64,000 nt of DNA from NCBI GenBank assembly GCA_051362555.1, contig CM120644.1:11430567-11494566 (forward strand), written 5' to 3'. This document shows positions 24,360 through 37,983 of the stretch, one piece after another. The notes beneath the pieces were generated by a model. That model was not told where the DNA came from and did not search any database. It worked only from the letters and a program-made list of their open reading frames with translations. The translations under genes were made by a program, and so were the position numbers. Numbering within the stretch: the stretch's first letter is position 1; the number at the start of each line of letters is the position of its first letter. Source of the stretch: Lingula anatina. Taxonomy: Eukaryota; Animalia; Brachiopoda.

Positions 24360-27300
24360 ATTTTTTGTATATACCCATAATCCTCCAATGTGGGAGCTGA
24401 CAAAATATGTGTAGCATTACGTATACTGTTCAGAACACCAAGTGTAATTTGTATGTTTGTTAAAGACTCAGATTCACAGGCTGAAAGATGTTTTTACAAT
24501 ACAATATAAATGTAATGCTTAAATAAATGGTATTGAAATTTGAGTGTAAACATTGGCATTTACCAATAAACATTATAAAGTTGATGTCCTGGAACACTTG
24601 TAAACAAAGCTTTAACGACTGAATGATTTAAGTTTTGGAATATTTCAAAATAAATTAGTTACGTGGAACTATCTTTACATTTACATTTTTCCTGTCACAG
24701 CCACCAAAACCGTCTGAAGAAAAATTTTCCTCAAAAGCTGAAGAACCAGCTCCAAAGAGGGAGCCACCATCCAGAGAAGGCAAGATGATCTCATGTCCAG
24801 ACCAGAAAGAGCAGTGCCCTGATAACAGCACCTGCTGTGCAGCCAAGGCAGGGGGATATGGATGCTGCCCTACTATCAATGTATGAAATGGATGATTTTA
24901 TTTGAATTATACATGAACTTTGTTTAATAAAGAATAGTTTTAAGACTTGTTAATATTGCTATAATTTGATATGGCTAAATTAATATGGCTTATTTAAAAT
25001 TGCTGAGTTAAACAAATTAAATCTTGCCATCAGGTCTGGCACATGTGGTAGACAGGTACACCATTTGGGGATTATTCGACATCGAGTGGGGTCGGCCATA
25101 TTTGATTCGTGGACCACTTAGTCTGCAGATTATCGGTTATGAATGTGGCCTTAGTGTGTTAAATTGATATGGCTAATCTAAAATGGCTAAATTTAGACGG
25201 TTAATTTAAACTCCGCCGCTCCCCCCCCCCCCTTACGGGCCTGGTTTTCCTCATCAATCATGGGCTATTTAACTTCTCCACATGCCCGTCTATGGCACCA
25301 TGAAATTACGATATCCAAATAATTGTCATACTGTTTGTGGAGGCTGATTATCTGTGACACATATTGCCTGTTATAGATTTTTTCCAATTTTCTCCAATTT
25401 TCCAGGCTGTGTGTTGTGCTGATAAGGTGTACTGCTGCCCCCCAGGGTACATGTGTGAAGGGGGTGGGGGCTGTGAGCTAAACGACACCCGTGCAGCCAC
25501 CCTGGGGCTGGTCCACTTCAACAAGGCTCCTGGTCAGAAAATCATGAAGACTAAAACACCTACTCAGGTCCCTGATGCATCACCTATACTGAAGGAATCG
25601 AGCATTAGTCCAGATTCAGTTGTGGCCAGTGATGTCCGGTGTCCTGATGGTCAGACTGCTTGTCCATCAGGAAACACCTGCTGCAAACTAGCCAGTGGTC
25701 AGTATGGCTGCTGTCCAGTGCCAAAAGCTGTCTGTTGTAAAGATGGGGTTCATTGCTGTCCAGATGGTAAGTAGGTTACTGTGACCTACAAAATTATTCA
25801 TCAACTGGGCTATTAAGGTCAATGTTTACACAGAAACGTCTTAAAAAAAGGGTCTTTTGAATCTTTTGAAGCATGAAACCATATGTACACCTTGTATCTG
25901 TATAGCGGGGTACACACTGTCTCGGCCCTACATTGCTGACAACTGGCAAGATAACCATTTGAAATACGTACTAATGGTTCAGAAAAGGAAACACTAATGA
26001 ATAAAACTACATGTATAAAACCAGTAACAGTCGGACTTCTTGTAAACTGCAATGAAACTAGAAGTGTAAACTGAAAATTGTATACTAGTATAAAGTTGCG
26101 AGATGTATTTTTTTTAATTTCACGTTAATTCTTAATAAACCCTTTCATAATCAGCGGAAAGAGCCAGTGTTCCCCCTTCCATGCATCCTTTTTAATAACC
26201 AGGAGCCGCCTTTCTGTTCAAAAATGATTTTTTGTAGACCAACAGAGCCTTAAATAGAATTTATGTTTATATGACTAAAAGACTGTTGCCTTGGTCATGT
26301 GTTAGTTTTTTTTAACTTTTGAAATGCCCTCCTATTGCAGGTTATACGTGTGATGTCCGTGCTGGAACATGCCATAGTCAAAATTCTGTCATTTCTTGGT
26401 TTACAAAAACATCAGCAAAGACGTTTAAAGAAAAAGTGGGGTCAGTGATGTGTCCAGATGGTCAGTCTGAATGTCCAAATGGGAACACCTGCTGTAGACT
26501 AGCCATTGGTCAATATGGCTGCTGTCCAGTGCCAGATGCTGTCTGTTGTAAAGATGGGGTTCATTGCTGTCCAAATGGTAAGTAGATCAATGTGACCTTA
26601 GACAAATTTTGTAAGAAAAAGGATCAGTTTGCTACCATGGAAGTATGTATTAGAAACCCTATCAGTGATTGTCATTAATGTTATTATAATCATTTTTTTT
26701 TTTCAATTTTCACCTTCATGTTTTGTGGACCAACAGAGGTTTTATTGAAAAATATTTATATCATTTGACTACAATATTAGACTCTGTTGCCTTGGCAATA
26801 TAGAAGAGTTTTTTTCTTTACTTTAAAAAGCTGCTTGTTGTGTAGCTAGCCAAAAATATATCGGTATGTCATGAATAATGCCACAGGGTCATAAACAACC
26901 CCACCTGGTAGGAATATGTTGCAAAATATGCCGGAAGGATTAGGGTTAAGCCATTGTTGCAACTCACACATTTCGCCATTATAAGGGGAGGTAATTGCTA
27001 GACCACATAACTGGAAGTCACTGGAATAATAGCTTCCCCAGGGTAAGATCATTTCTTTAATGATTGAGACCATGTTAGATCATGTGTACTTGTGATCAAA
27101 AATAGTATCGAAATTTCTTTCTCTTATTGCAGGTCATACGTGTGATGTCAGTGCAGGCACATGCCATCTTCAAAATTCTGTCATGTCTTGGTTAACAAAA
27201 ACACCTGCAAAGATGCCCTCAGAAAATGTTGGGATTGTGATGTGTCCAGATGGTCAGTCTCAGTGTCCAGATGGAAACACCTGCTGTAAACTGCCCAGTG

Positions 27301-30300
27301 GTCAATATGGCTGCTGTCCAGTGCCAGATGCTGTCTGTTGTAAAGATGGGGTTCATTGCTGTCCAAATGGTAAGTAGGTTACTGTGACATAGATTTCCAA
27401 GGTTTCAATCGTAGAAATAGAAAAAACTGTTAGATTAATAGTTCATTTAAGCTGACTATGACAGGTAGATTAACATATGGAGTGCATGTGTTTTTTTTTT
27501 TTTTTAATTACATGGTAGGGATTTTACTAGCTAAAGTAAAGATCACCCGGACCTGGACTGGGTTCCAATACTTAAATTGATCTAACTTGATGGATCCATC
27601 TTATAGGATCATCTTGTAATTGTTTTCAGTTTAAGCGACTTAGATCTCTGTCACGCCTACTAAAACTGCTAAATGATCATTAATTACCCATAGCAGCTTC
27701 AGTAGGCATGACAAACATCCATGCTGCTTAGGTTGATTGAAATTTAGAGAGAATCCGCTTGGAGATAGATCTATCCCCAGTTAGTTTGATTGGGTCAGGG
27801 AATGGTCCCTTAGATATTAAAGACAAAAAATAACTGAACACTTTGTGAAAGACAATACGACCACATTGAGTTTCATCCAATGCTAATTATTTTTAGCTTT
27901 GTTGATTTGTATATTTTTTTCTGATTGTGACTATTTCAGGCTTTACTTGTCAGACAACTACTGGGGTATGTGTTCAGGAGACTAAAGCCATTTCAGTGAT
28001 ACCAGATAAAGCTGTCCTTGTGGATACCAATGTTGGGATTGTGATATGTCCAGATGGTCAGTCTCAATGTCCAAATGGGAACACCTGTTGTAAACTGCCC
28101 AGTGGTCAATATGGCTGCTGTCCAGTGCCAGATGCTGTCTGTTGTAAAGATGGGGTTCATTGCTGTCCAAATGGTAAGTAGGTTACTGTGACATAGATTT
28201 CCAAGGTTTCAATCGTAGAAATAGAAAAAACTGTTATATTAATAGTTCATTTAAGCTGACTATGACAGGTAGATTAACATATGGAGTGCATGCGTTTTTT
28301 TTAATTACATGGATTACATGGTAGGGATTTTATTAGCTAAGGTAAAGATCACCCGGACCTGGACTGGGTTCCAATACTTAGATTGATCTAACTTGATGGA
28401 TCCATCTTATAGGATCATCTTGTAATTGTTTTCAGTTTAAGCGACTTAGATCTCTGTCACGCCTACTAAAGCTGCTAAATGATCATTAATTACATATAGC
28501 AGCTTCAGTAGACATGACAAACATCCATGCTGCTTAGGTTGATTGAAATTTAGAGAGAATCCGCTTGGTGATAGATCTATCCCCAGTTAGTTTGATTGGG
28601 TCGGGGAATGGTCCCTTAGAAATTAAAGACAAAAAAAACTAAACACTTTGTGAAAGACAATACGACCACATTGAGTTTCATCCAATGCTAATTATGTTAA
28701 GCTTTGTTGATTTGTATATTTTTTTCTGATTGTGACTATTCCAGGCTTTACTTGTCAGACAACTACTGGGGAATGTGTTCAGGAGACTAAAGCCATTTCA
28801 GTGATACCAGATAAAGCTGTCCTTGTGGATACCAATGTTGGGATTGTGATGTGTCCAGATGGTCAGTCTCAATGTCCAGATGGAAACACCTGTTGTAAAC
28901 TGCCCAGTGGTCAATATGGCTGCTGTCCAGTGCCAGATGCTGTCTGTTGTAAAGATGGGGTTCATTGCTGTCCAAATGGTAAGTAGGTTACTGTGACATA
29001 GATTTCCAAGGTTTCAATCGTAGAAATAGAAAAAAAAACTGTTATATTAATAGTTCATTTAGGCTGACTATGACAGGTAGATTAACATATGGAATGCATG
29101 TGTTTTTTTTTTTTTTTAATTACATGGTAGGGATTTTATTAGCTAAGGTAAAGATCACCGGACCTGGACTGGGTTCCAATACTTAGATTGATCTAACTTG
29201 ATGGATCCATCTTATAGGATCTTCTTGTAATTGTTTTCAGTTTAAGCGACTTAGTTCCTGTCACGCCTACTAAAGCTGCTAAATGATCATTAATTACCCA
29301 TAGCAGCTTCAGTAGGCATGACAAACATCCATGCTGCTTAGGTTGACCGGAATTTAGAGAGAATCCGCTTGGAGATAGATCTATCCCCAGTTAGTTTGAT
29401 TGGGTCGGGGAATGGTCCCATAGATATCAAAGACAAAAAATAACTGAACACTTTGTGAAAGACAATACGACCACATTGATTTTCATCCAATGCTAATTAT
29501 GTTTTGCTTTGTTGATTTGTATATTTTCTTTCTGATTGTGACTATTCCAGGCTTTACTTGTCAGACAACTACTGGGGAATGTGTTCAGGAGACTAAAGCC
29601 ATTTCAGTGATACCAGATAAAGCTGTCCTTGTGGATACCAATGTTGGGATTGTGATATGTCCAGATGGTCAGTCTCAATGTCCAGATGGAAACACCTGCT
29701 GTAAACTGCCCAGTGGTCAATATGGCTGCTGTCCAGTGCCAGATGCTGTCTGTTGTAAAGATGGGGTTCATTGCTGTCCAAATGGTAAGTAGGTTACTGT
29801 GACATAGATTTCCAAGGTTTCAATCGTAGAAATAGAAAAGAACTGTTATATTAATAGTTCATTTAAGCTGACTATGACAGGTAGATTAACATATGGAGTG
29901 CATGTGTTTTTTTTTTAATTACATGGTAGGGATTTTATTAGCTAAGGTAAAGATCACCCGGACCTGGACTGGGTTCCAATACTTAGCTTGATCTAACTTG
30001 ATGGATCCATCTCATAGGGTCTTCTTGTAATTGTTTTCAGTTTGAGCGACTTAGATCTCTGTCACGCCTACTAAAGCTGCTAAATGATCATTAATTACCC
30101 ATAGCAGCTTCAGTAGGCATGACAAACATCCATGCTGCTTAGGTTGACCGGAATTTAGAGAGAATCCGCTTGGAGATAGATCTATCCCCAGTTAGTTTGA
30201 TTGGGTCGGGGAATGGTCCCATAGATATCAAAGACAAAAAGTAACTGAACACTTTGTGAAAGACAATACGACCACATTGATTTTCATCCAATGCTAATTA

Positions 30301-30706
30301 TGTTTTGCTTTGTTGATTTGTATATTTTCTTTCTGATTGTGACTATTTCAGGCTTTACTTGTCAGACAACTACTGGGGAATGTGTTCAGGAGACTAAAGC
30401 CATTTCAGTGATACCAGATAAAGCTGTCCTTGTGGATACCAATGTTGGGATTGTGATGTGTCCAGATGGTCAGTCTCAATGTCCAGATGGAAACACCTGC
30501 TGTAAACTGCCCAGTGGTCAATATGGCTGCTGTCCAGTGCCAGATGCTGTCTGTTGTAAAGATGGGGTTCATTGCTGTCCAAATGGTAAGTAGGTTACTG
30601 TGACATAGATTTCCAAGGTTTCAATCGTAGAAATAGAAAAAAAACTGTTAGATTAATAGTTCATTTAAGCTGACTATGACAGGTAGATTAACATATGGAG
30701 TGCATG

Positions 30707-30779
<73 letters not shown>

Positions 30780-33700
30780 CATGGTAGGAATTTTATTAGC
30801 TAAGGTAAAGATCACCCGGACCTGGACTGGGTTCCAATACTTAGACTGATCTAACTTGATGGATCCATCTCATAGGGTCTTCTTGTAATTGTTTTCAGTT
30901 TGAGCGACTTAGATCTCTGTCACGCCTACTAAAACTGCTAAATGATCATTAATTACCCATAGCAGCTTCAGTAGGCATGACAAACATCCATGCTGCTTAG
31001 GTTGATTGAAATTTAGAGAGAATCCGCTTGGAGATAGATCTATCCCCAGTTAGTTTGATTGGGTCGGGGAATGGTCCCTTAGATATTAAAGACAAAAAAT
31101 CACTGAACACTTTGTGAAAGACAATACGACCACATTGAGTTTCATCCAATGCTAATTATGTTTTGCTTTGTTGATTTGTATATTTTCTTTCTGATTGTGA
31201 CTATTTCAGGCTTTACTTGTCAGACAACTACTGGGGTATGTGTTCAGGAGACTAAAGCCATTTCATTGATACCAGATAAAGCTGTGCTTGTGGATACCAA
31301 TGTTGGGATTGTGATGTGTCCAGATGGTCAGTCTCAATGTCCAGATGGAAACACCTGCTGTAAACTGCCCAGTGGTCAATATGGCTGCTGTCCAGTGCCA
31401 GATGCTGTCTGTTGTAAAGATGGGGTTCATTGCTGTCCAAATGGTAAGTAGATCAATGTGACCTTAGACAAATTTTGTAAGAAAAAGGATCAGTTTGCTA
31501 CCATGGAAGTATGTATTAGAAACCCTATCAGTGATTGTCATTAATGTTATTATAATCATTTTTTTTTTTTTCAATTTTCACCTTCATGTTTTGTGGACCA
31601 ACAGAGGTTTTATTGAAAAATATTTATATCATTTGACTACAATATTAGACTCTGTTGCCTTGGCAATATAGAAGAGTTTTTTTCTTTACTTTAAAAAGCT
31701 GCTTGTTGTGTAGCTAGCCAAAAATATATCGGTATGTCATGAATAATGCCACAGGGTCATAAACAACCCCACCTGGTAGGAATATGTTGCAAAATATGCC
31801 GGAAGGATTAGGGTTAAGCCATTGTTGCAACTCACACATTTCGCCATTATAAGGGGAGGTAATTGCTAGACCACATAACTGGAAGTCACTGGAATAATAG
31901 CTTCCCCAGGGTAAGATCATTTCTTTAATGATTGAGACCATATAAGATCATGTGTACTTGTGATCAAAAATAGTATCGAAATTTCTTTCTCTTATTGCAG
32001 GTCATACGTGTGATGTCAGTGCAGGCACATGCCATCTTCAAAATTCTGTCATGTCTTGGTTAACAAAAACACCTGCAAAGATGCCCTCAGAAAATGTAGG
32101 GATTGTGATGTGTCCAGATGGTCAGTCTCAATGTCCAAATGGGAACACCTGTTGTAAACTGCCCAGTGGTCAATATGGCTGCTGTCCAGTGCCAGATGCT
32201 GTCTGTTGTAAAGATGGGGTTCATTGCTGTCCAAATGGTAAGTAGGTTACTGTGACATAGATTTCCAAGGTTTCAATCGTAGAAATAGAAAAAAACTGTT
32301 ATATTAATTGTTCATTTAAGCTGACTATGACAGGTAGATTAACATATGGAGTGCATGTGTTTTTTTTTAATTCCATGGTAGGGATTTTATTAGCTAAGGT
32401 AAAGATCACCCGGACTGGGTTCCAATACTTAGACTGATCTAACTTGATGGATCCATCTCATAGGGTCTTCTTGTAATTGTTTTCAGTTTGAACGACTTAG
32501 ATCTCTGTCACGCCTACTAAAGCTGTTAAATGATCATTAATTACCCATAGCAGCTTCAGTAGGCATGACAAACATCCATGCTGCTTAGGTTGATTGAAAT
32601 TTAGAGAGAATCCGCTTGGAGATAGATCTATCCCCAGTTAGTTTGATTGGGTCGGGGAATGGTCCCTTAGATATTAAGGACAAAAAATAACTGAACACTT
32701 TGTGAAAGACAATACGACCACATTGAGTTTCATCCAATGCTAATTATGTTTTGCTTTGTTGATTTGTATATTTTCTTTCTGATTGTGACTATTTCAGGCT
32801 TTACTTGTCAGACAACTACTGGGGTATGTGTTCAGGAGACTAAAGCCATTTCAGTGATACCAGATAAAGCTGTCCTTGTGGATACCAATGTTGGGATTGT
32901 GATATGTCCAGATGGTCAGTCTCAATGTCCAGATGGAAACACCTGCTGTAAACTGCCCAGTGGTCAATATGGCTGCTGTCCAGTGCCAGATGCTGTCTGT
33001 TGTAAAGATGGGGTTCATTGCTGTCCAAATGGTAAGTAGGTTACTGTGACATAGATTTCCAAGGTTTCAATCGTAGAAATAGAAAAGAACTGTTATATTA
33101 ATAGTTCATTTAAGCTGACTATGACAGGTAGATTAACATATGGAGTGCATGTGTTTTTTTTTTTTAATTACATGGTAGGGATTTTATTAGCTAAGGTAAA
33201 GATCACCCGGACCTGGACTGGGTTCCAATACTTAGCTTGATCTAACTTGATGGATCCATCTCATAGGGTCTTCTTGTAATTGTTTTCAGTTTGAGCGACT
33301 TAGATCTCTGTCACGCCTACTAAAGCTGCTAAATGATCATTAATTACCCATAGCAGCTTCAGTAGGCATGACAAACATCCATGCTGCTTAGGTTGATTGA
33401 AATTTAGAGAGAATCCGCTTGGAGATAGATCTATCCCCAGTTAGTTTGATTGGGTCGGGGAATGGTCCCTTAGATATTAAAGACAAAAAATCACTGAACA
33501 CTTTGTGAAAGACAATACGACCACATTGAGTTTCATCCAATGCTAATTATGTTTTGCTTTGTTGATTTGTATATTTTCTTTCTGATTGTGACTATTTCAG
33601 GCTTTACTTGTCAGACAACTACTGGGGTATGTGTTCAGGAGACTAAAGCCATTTCATTGATACCAGATAAAGCTGTGCTTGTGGATACCAATGTTGGGAT

Positions 33701-35540
33701 TGTGATGTGTCCAGATGGTCAGTCTCAATGTCCAAATGGAAACACCTGTTGTAAACTGCCCAGTGGTCAATATGGCTGCTGTCCAGTGCCAGATGCTGTC
33801 TGTTGTAAAGATGGGGTTCATTGCTGTCCAAATGGTAAGTAGATCAATGTGACCTTAGACAAATTTTGTAAGAAAAGGATCAGTTTGCTACCATGGAAGT
33901 ATGTATTAGAAACCCTATCAGTGATTGTCATTAATGTTATTATAATCATTTTTTTTTTCAATTTTCACCTTCATGTTTTGTGGACCAACAGAGGTTTTAT
34001 TGAAAAATATTTATATCATTTGACTACAATATTAGACTCTGTTGCCTTGGCAATATAGAAGAGTTTTTTTCTTTACTTTAAAAAGCTGCTTGTTGTGTAG
34101 CTAGCCAAAAATATATCGGTATGTCATGAATAATGCCACAGGGTCATAAACAACCCCACCTGGTAGGAATATGTTGCAAAATATGCCGGAAGGATTAGGG
34201 TTAAGCCATTGTTGCAACTCACACATTTCGCCATTATAAGGGGAGGTAATTGCTAGACCACATAACTGGAAGTCACTGGAATAATAGCTTCCCCAGGGTA
34301 AGATCATTTCTTTAATGATTGAGACCATATAAGATCATGTGTACTTGTGATCAAAAATAGTATCGAAATTTCTTTCTCTTATTGCAGGTCATACGTGTGA
34401 TGTCAGTGCAGGCACATGCCATCTTCAAAATTCTGTCATGTCTTGGTTAACAAAAACACCTGCAAAGATGCCCTCAGAAAATGTTGGGATTGTGATGTGT
34501 CCAGATGGTCAGTCTCAATGTCCAAATGGGAACACCTGTTGTAAACTGCCCAGTGGTCAATATGGCTGCTGTCCAGTGCCAGATGCTGTCTGTTGTAAAG
34601 ATGGGGTTCATTGCTGTCCAAATGGTAAGTAGGTTACTGTGACATAGATTTCCAAGGTTTCAATCGTAGAAATAGAAAAAAACTGTTATATTAATTGTTC
34701 ATTTAAGCTGACTATGACAGGTAGATTAACATATGGAGTGCATGTGTTTTTTTTTAATTACATGGTAGGGATTTTATTAGCTAAGGTAAAGATCACCCGG
34801 ACTGGGTTCCAATACTTAGACTGATCTAACTTGATGGATCCATCTCATAGGGTCTTCTTGTAATTGTTTTCAGTTTGAACGACTTAGATCTCTGTCACGC
34901 CTACTAAAGCTGCTAAATGATCATTAATTACCCATAGCAGCTTCAGTAGGCATCACAAACATCCATGCTGCTTAGGTTGACCGGAATTTAGAGAGAATCC
35001 GCTTGGAGATAGATCTATCCCCAGTTAGTTTGATTGGGTCGGGGAATGGTCCCATAGATATCAAAGACAAAAAGTAACTGAACACTTTGTGAAAGACAAT
35101 ACGACCACATTGATTTTCATCCAATGCTAATTATGTTTTGCTTTGTTGATTTGTATATTTTCTTTCTGATTGTGACTATTTCAGGCTTTACTTGTCAGAC
35201 AACTACTGGGGAATGTGTTCAGGAGACTAAAGCCATTTCAGTGATACCAGATAAAGCTGTCCTTGTGGATACCAATGTTGGGATTGTGATGTGTCCAGAT
35301 GGTCAGTCTCAATGTCCAGATGGAAACACCTGCTGTAAACTGCCCAGTGGTCAATATGGCTGCTGTCCAGTGCCAGATGCTGTCTGTTGTAAAGATGGGG
35401 TTCATTGCTGTCCAAATGGTAAGTAGGTTACTGTGACATAGATTTCCAAGGTTTCAATCGTAGAAATAGAAAAAAAAACTGTTAGATTAATAGTTCATTT
35501 AAGCTGACTATGACAGGTAGATTAACATATGGAGTGCATG

Positions 35541-35601
<61 letters not shown>

Positions 35602-37983
35602 CATGGTAGGAATTTTATTAGCTAAGGTAAAGATCACCCGGACCTGGACTGGGTTCCAATACTTAGACTGATCTAACTTGATGGATCCATCTCATAGGGT
35701 CTTCTTGTAATTGTTTTCAGTTTGAGCGACTTAGATCTCTGTCACGCCTACTAAAACTGCTAAATGATCATTAATTACCCATAGCAGCTTCAGTAGGCAT
35801 GACAAACATCCATGCTGCTTAGGTTGATTGAAATTTAGAGAGAATCCGCTTGGAGATAGATCTATCCCCAGTTAGTTTGATTGGGTCGGGGAATGGTCCC
35901 TTAGATATTAAAGACAAAAAATCACTGAACACTTTGTGAAAGACAATACGACCACATTGAGTTTCATCCAATGCTAATTATGTTTTGCTTTGTTGATTTG
36001 TATATTTTCTTTCTGATTGTGACTATTTCAGGCTTTACTTGTCAGACAACTACTGGGGTATGTGTTCAGGAGACTAAAGCCATTTCATTGATACCAGATA
36101 AAGCTGTGCTTGTGGATACCAATGTTGGGATTGTGATGTGTCCAGATGGTCAGTCTCAATGTCCAGATGGAAACACCTGTTGTAAACTGCCCAGTGGTCA
36201 ATATGGCTGCTGTCCAGTGCCAGATGCTGTCTGTTGTAAAGATGGGGTTCATTGCTGTCCAAATGGTAAGTAGATCAATGTGACCTTAGACAAATTTTGT
36301 AAGAAAAAGGATCAGTTTGCTACCATGGAAGTATGTATTAGAAACCCTATCAGTGATTGTCATTAATGTTATTATAATCATTTTTTTTTTTCAATTTTCA
36401 CCTTCATGTTTTGTGGACCAACAGAGGTTTTATTGAAAAATATTTATATCATTTGACTACAATATTAGACTCTGTTGCCTTGGCAATATAGAAGAGTTTT
36501 TTTCTTTACTTTAAAAAGCTGCTTGTTGTGTAGCTAGCCAAAAATATATCGGTATGTCATGAATAATGCCACAGGGTCATAAACAACCCCACCTGGTAGG
36601 AATATGTTGCAAAATATGCCGGAAGGATTAGGGTTAAGCCATTGTTGCAACTCACACATTTCGCCATTATAAGGGGAGGTAATTGCTGGACCACATAACT
36701 GGAAGTCACTGGAATAATAGCTTCCCCAGGGTAAGATCATTTCTTTAATGATTGAGACCATATAAGATCATGTGTACTTGTGATCAAAAATAGTATCGAA
36801 ATTTCTTTCTCTTATTGCAGGTCATACGTGTGATGTCAGTGCAGGCACATGCCATCTTCAAAATTCTGTCATGTCTTGGTTAACAAAAACACCTGCAAAG
36901 ATGCCCTCAGAAAATGTTGGGATTGTGATGTGTCCAGATGGTCAGTCTCAATGTCCAAATGGGAACACCTGTTGTAAACTGCCCAGTGGTCAATATGGCT
37001 GCTGTCCAGTGCCAGATGCTGTCTGTTGTAAAGATGGGGTTCATTGCTGTCCAAATGGTAAGTAGGTTACTGTGACATAGATTTCCAAGGTTTCAATCGT
37101 AGAAATAGAAAAAAACTGTTATATTAATTGTTCATTTAAGCTGACTATGACAGGTAGATTAACATATGGAGTGCATGTATTTTTTTTTTAATTACATGGT
37201 AGGGATTTTATTAGCTAAGGTAAAGATCACCCGGACTGGGTTCCAATACTTAGACTGATCTAACTTGATGGATCCATCTCATAGGGTCTTCTTGTAATTG
37301 TTTTCAGTTTGAACGACTTAGATCTCTGTCACGCCTACTAAAGCTGTTAAATGATCATTAATTACCCATAGCAGCTTCAGTAGGCATGACAAACATCCAT
37401 GCTGCTTAGGTTGATTGAAATTTAGAGAGAATCCGCTTGGAGATAGATCTATCCCCAGTTAGTTTGATTGGGTCGGGGAATGGTCCCTTAGATATTAAGG
37501 ACAAAAAATAACTGAACACTTTGTGAAAGACAATACGACCACATTGAGTTTCATCCAATGCTAATTATGTTTTGCTTTGTTGATTTGTATATTTTCTTTC
37601 TGATTGTGACTATTTCAGGCTTTACTTGTCAGACAACTACTGGGGTATGTGTTCAGGAGACTAAAGCCATTTCAGTGATACCAGATAAAGCTGTCCTTGT
37701 GGATACCAATGTTGGGATTGTGATATGTCCAGATGGTCAGTCTCAATGTCCAGATGGGAACACCTGCTGTAAACTGCCCAGTGGTCAATATGGCTGCTGT
37801 CCAGTGCCACATGCTCTCTGTTGTAAAGATGGGGTTCATTGCTGCATTGATGGTCTACACTTTCTGGAGGGCTACGAATGTGATGTCTCAAAAGGGTCAT
37901 GTAAGAAATCAGGTCAAGGTCAGGCAGAGTTCATGCAGAAGCTGAGCCAAAGAGCAGCAAAGGGAGGACACATTTTACTTTGA
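21814..37983 (+). CDS. GRN: Progranulin paralog B: signal peptide plus 18 granulin modules (mostly near-identical), ~1504 aa, 19 coding exons
   Basis: Exons: 21814-22011, 24177-24296, 24701-24880, 25406-25766, 26341-26577, 27133-27369, 27940-28173, 28745-28978, 29551-29784, 30352-30585, 31210-31443, 32001-32237, 32798-33031, 33601-33834, 34388-34624, 35185-35418, 36032-36265, 36821-37057, 37619-37983 (sum 4515 nt, in frame). The first seven exons are colinear with paralog A; no stops or frameshifts seen; ends GGHILL*. Confidence 0.9.
22023..22325. mobile_element. Foldback-type element with short subterminal repeats, inserted in paralog B first coding intron
   Basis: Direct repeats of ccgatactcccccgca on the left and the inverse tgcgggggagtatcg on the right, ending gacatgacccc; absent from the equivalent paralog A intron (tattttagacaaatggtg). 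Confidence 0.75.
22379..24105. other. ~1.7-kb unclassified insertion in paralog B first coding intron
   Basis: Paralog A reads ttgcgttgtgtgttct contiguously (~2505-2520); in B the two halves are separated by this block. No TIR or intact ORF recognised. Confidence 0.55.
27544..27812. mobile_element. ~270-bp decayed MITE-like insertion copied into every G-type intron of paralog B
   Basis: Block cacccggacctggactggg ... gggaatggtcccttag interrupts sequence contiguous in paralog A (gtgtaaagattgaacac, ~7221-7237); its right end resembles the 13074-13287 element. Confidence 0.6.
30709..30775. repeat. (TA)n microsatellite; second copy at ~35544-35597
   Basis: Replaces a poly-T tract found in the other G-type introns. 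Confidence 0.95.

Larger units (their letters stand above)
26578..37850 (+). repeat. Tandem array of ~0.8-kb exon+intron units in paralog B with ~2.4-kb higher-order period
   Basis: F-type exons ([14 protein letters not shown]) start at 27133, 32001, 34388, 36821; G-type exons (FTCQTTTG[VE]CVQE) start at 27940, 28745, 29551, 30352, 31210, 32798, 33601, 35185, 36032, 37619; introns nearly identical between units. Confidence 0.95.

Noticed and set aside
29490-37618. MLIMFCFVDLYIFFLIVT as signal peptides of separate single-granulin genes
   Set aside because: It is translated polypyrimidine tract upstream of the acceptor; the ORFs end at the donor and lack the module's last two Cys.
27181-37900. 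Repeated minus-strand ORFs [20 protein letters not shown] and MVSIIKEMILPWGSYY
   Set aside because: Antisense of granulin exons or of the duplicated intron; they recur only because the DNA is duplicated.
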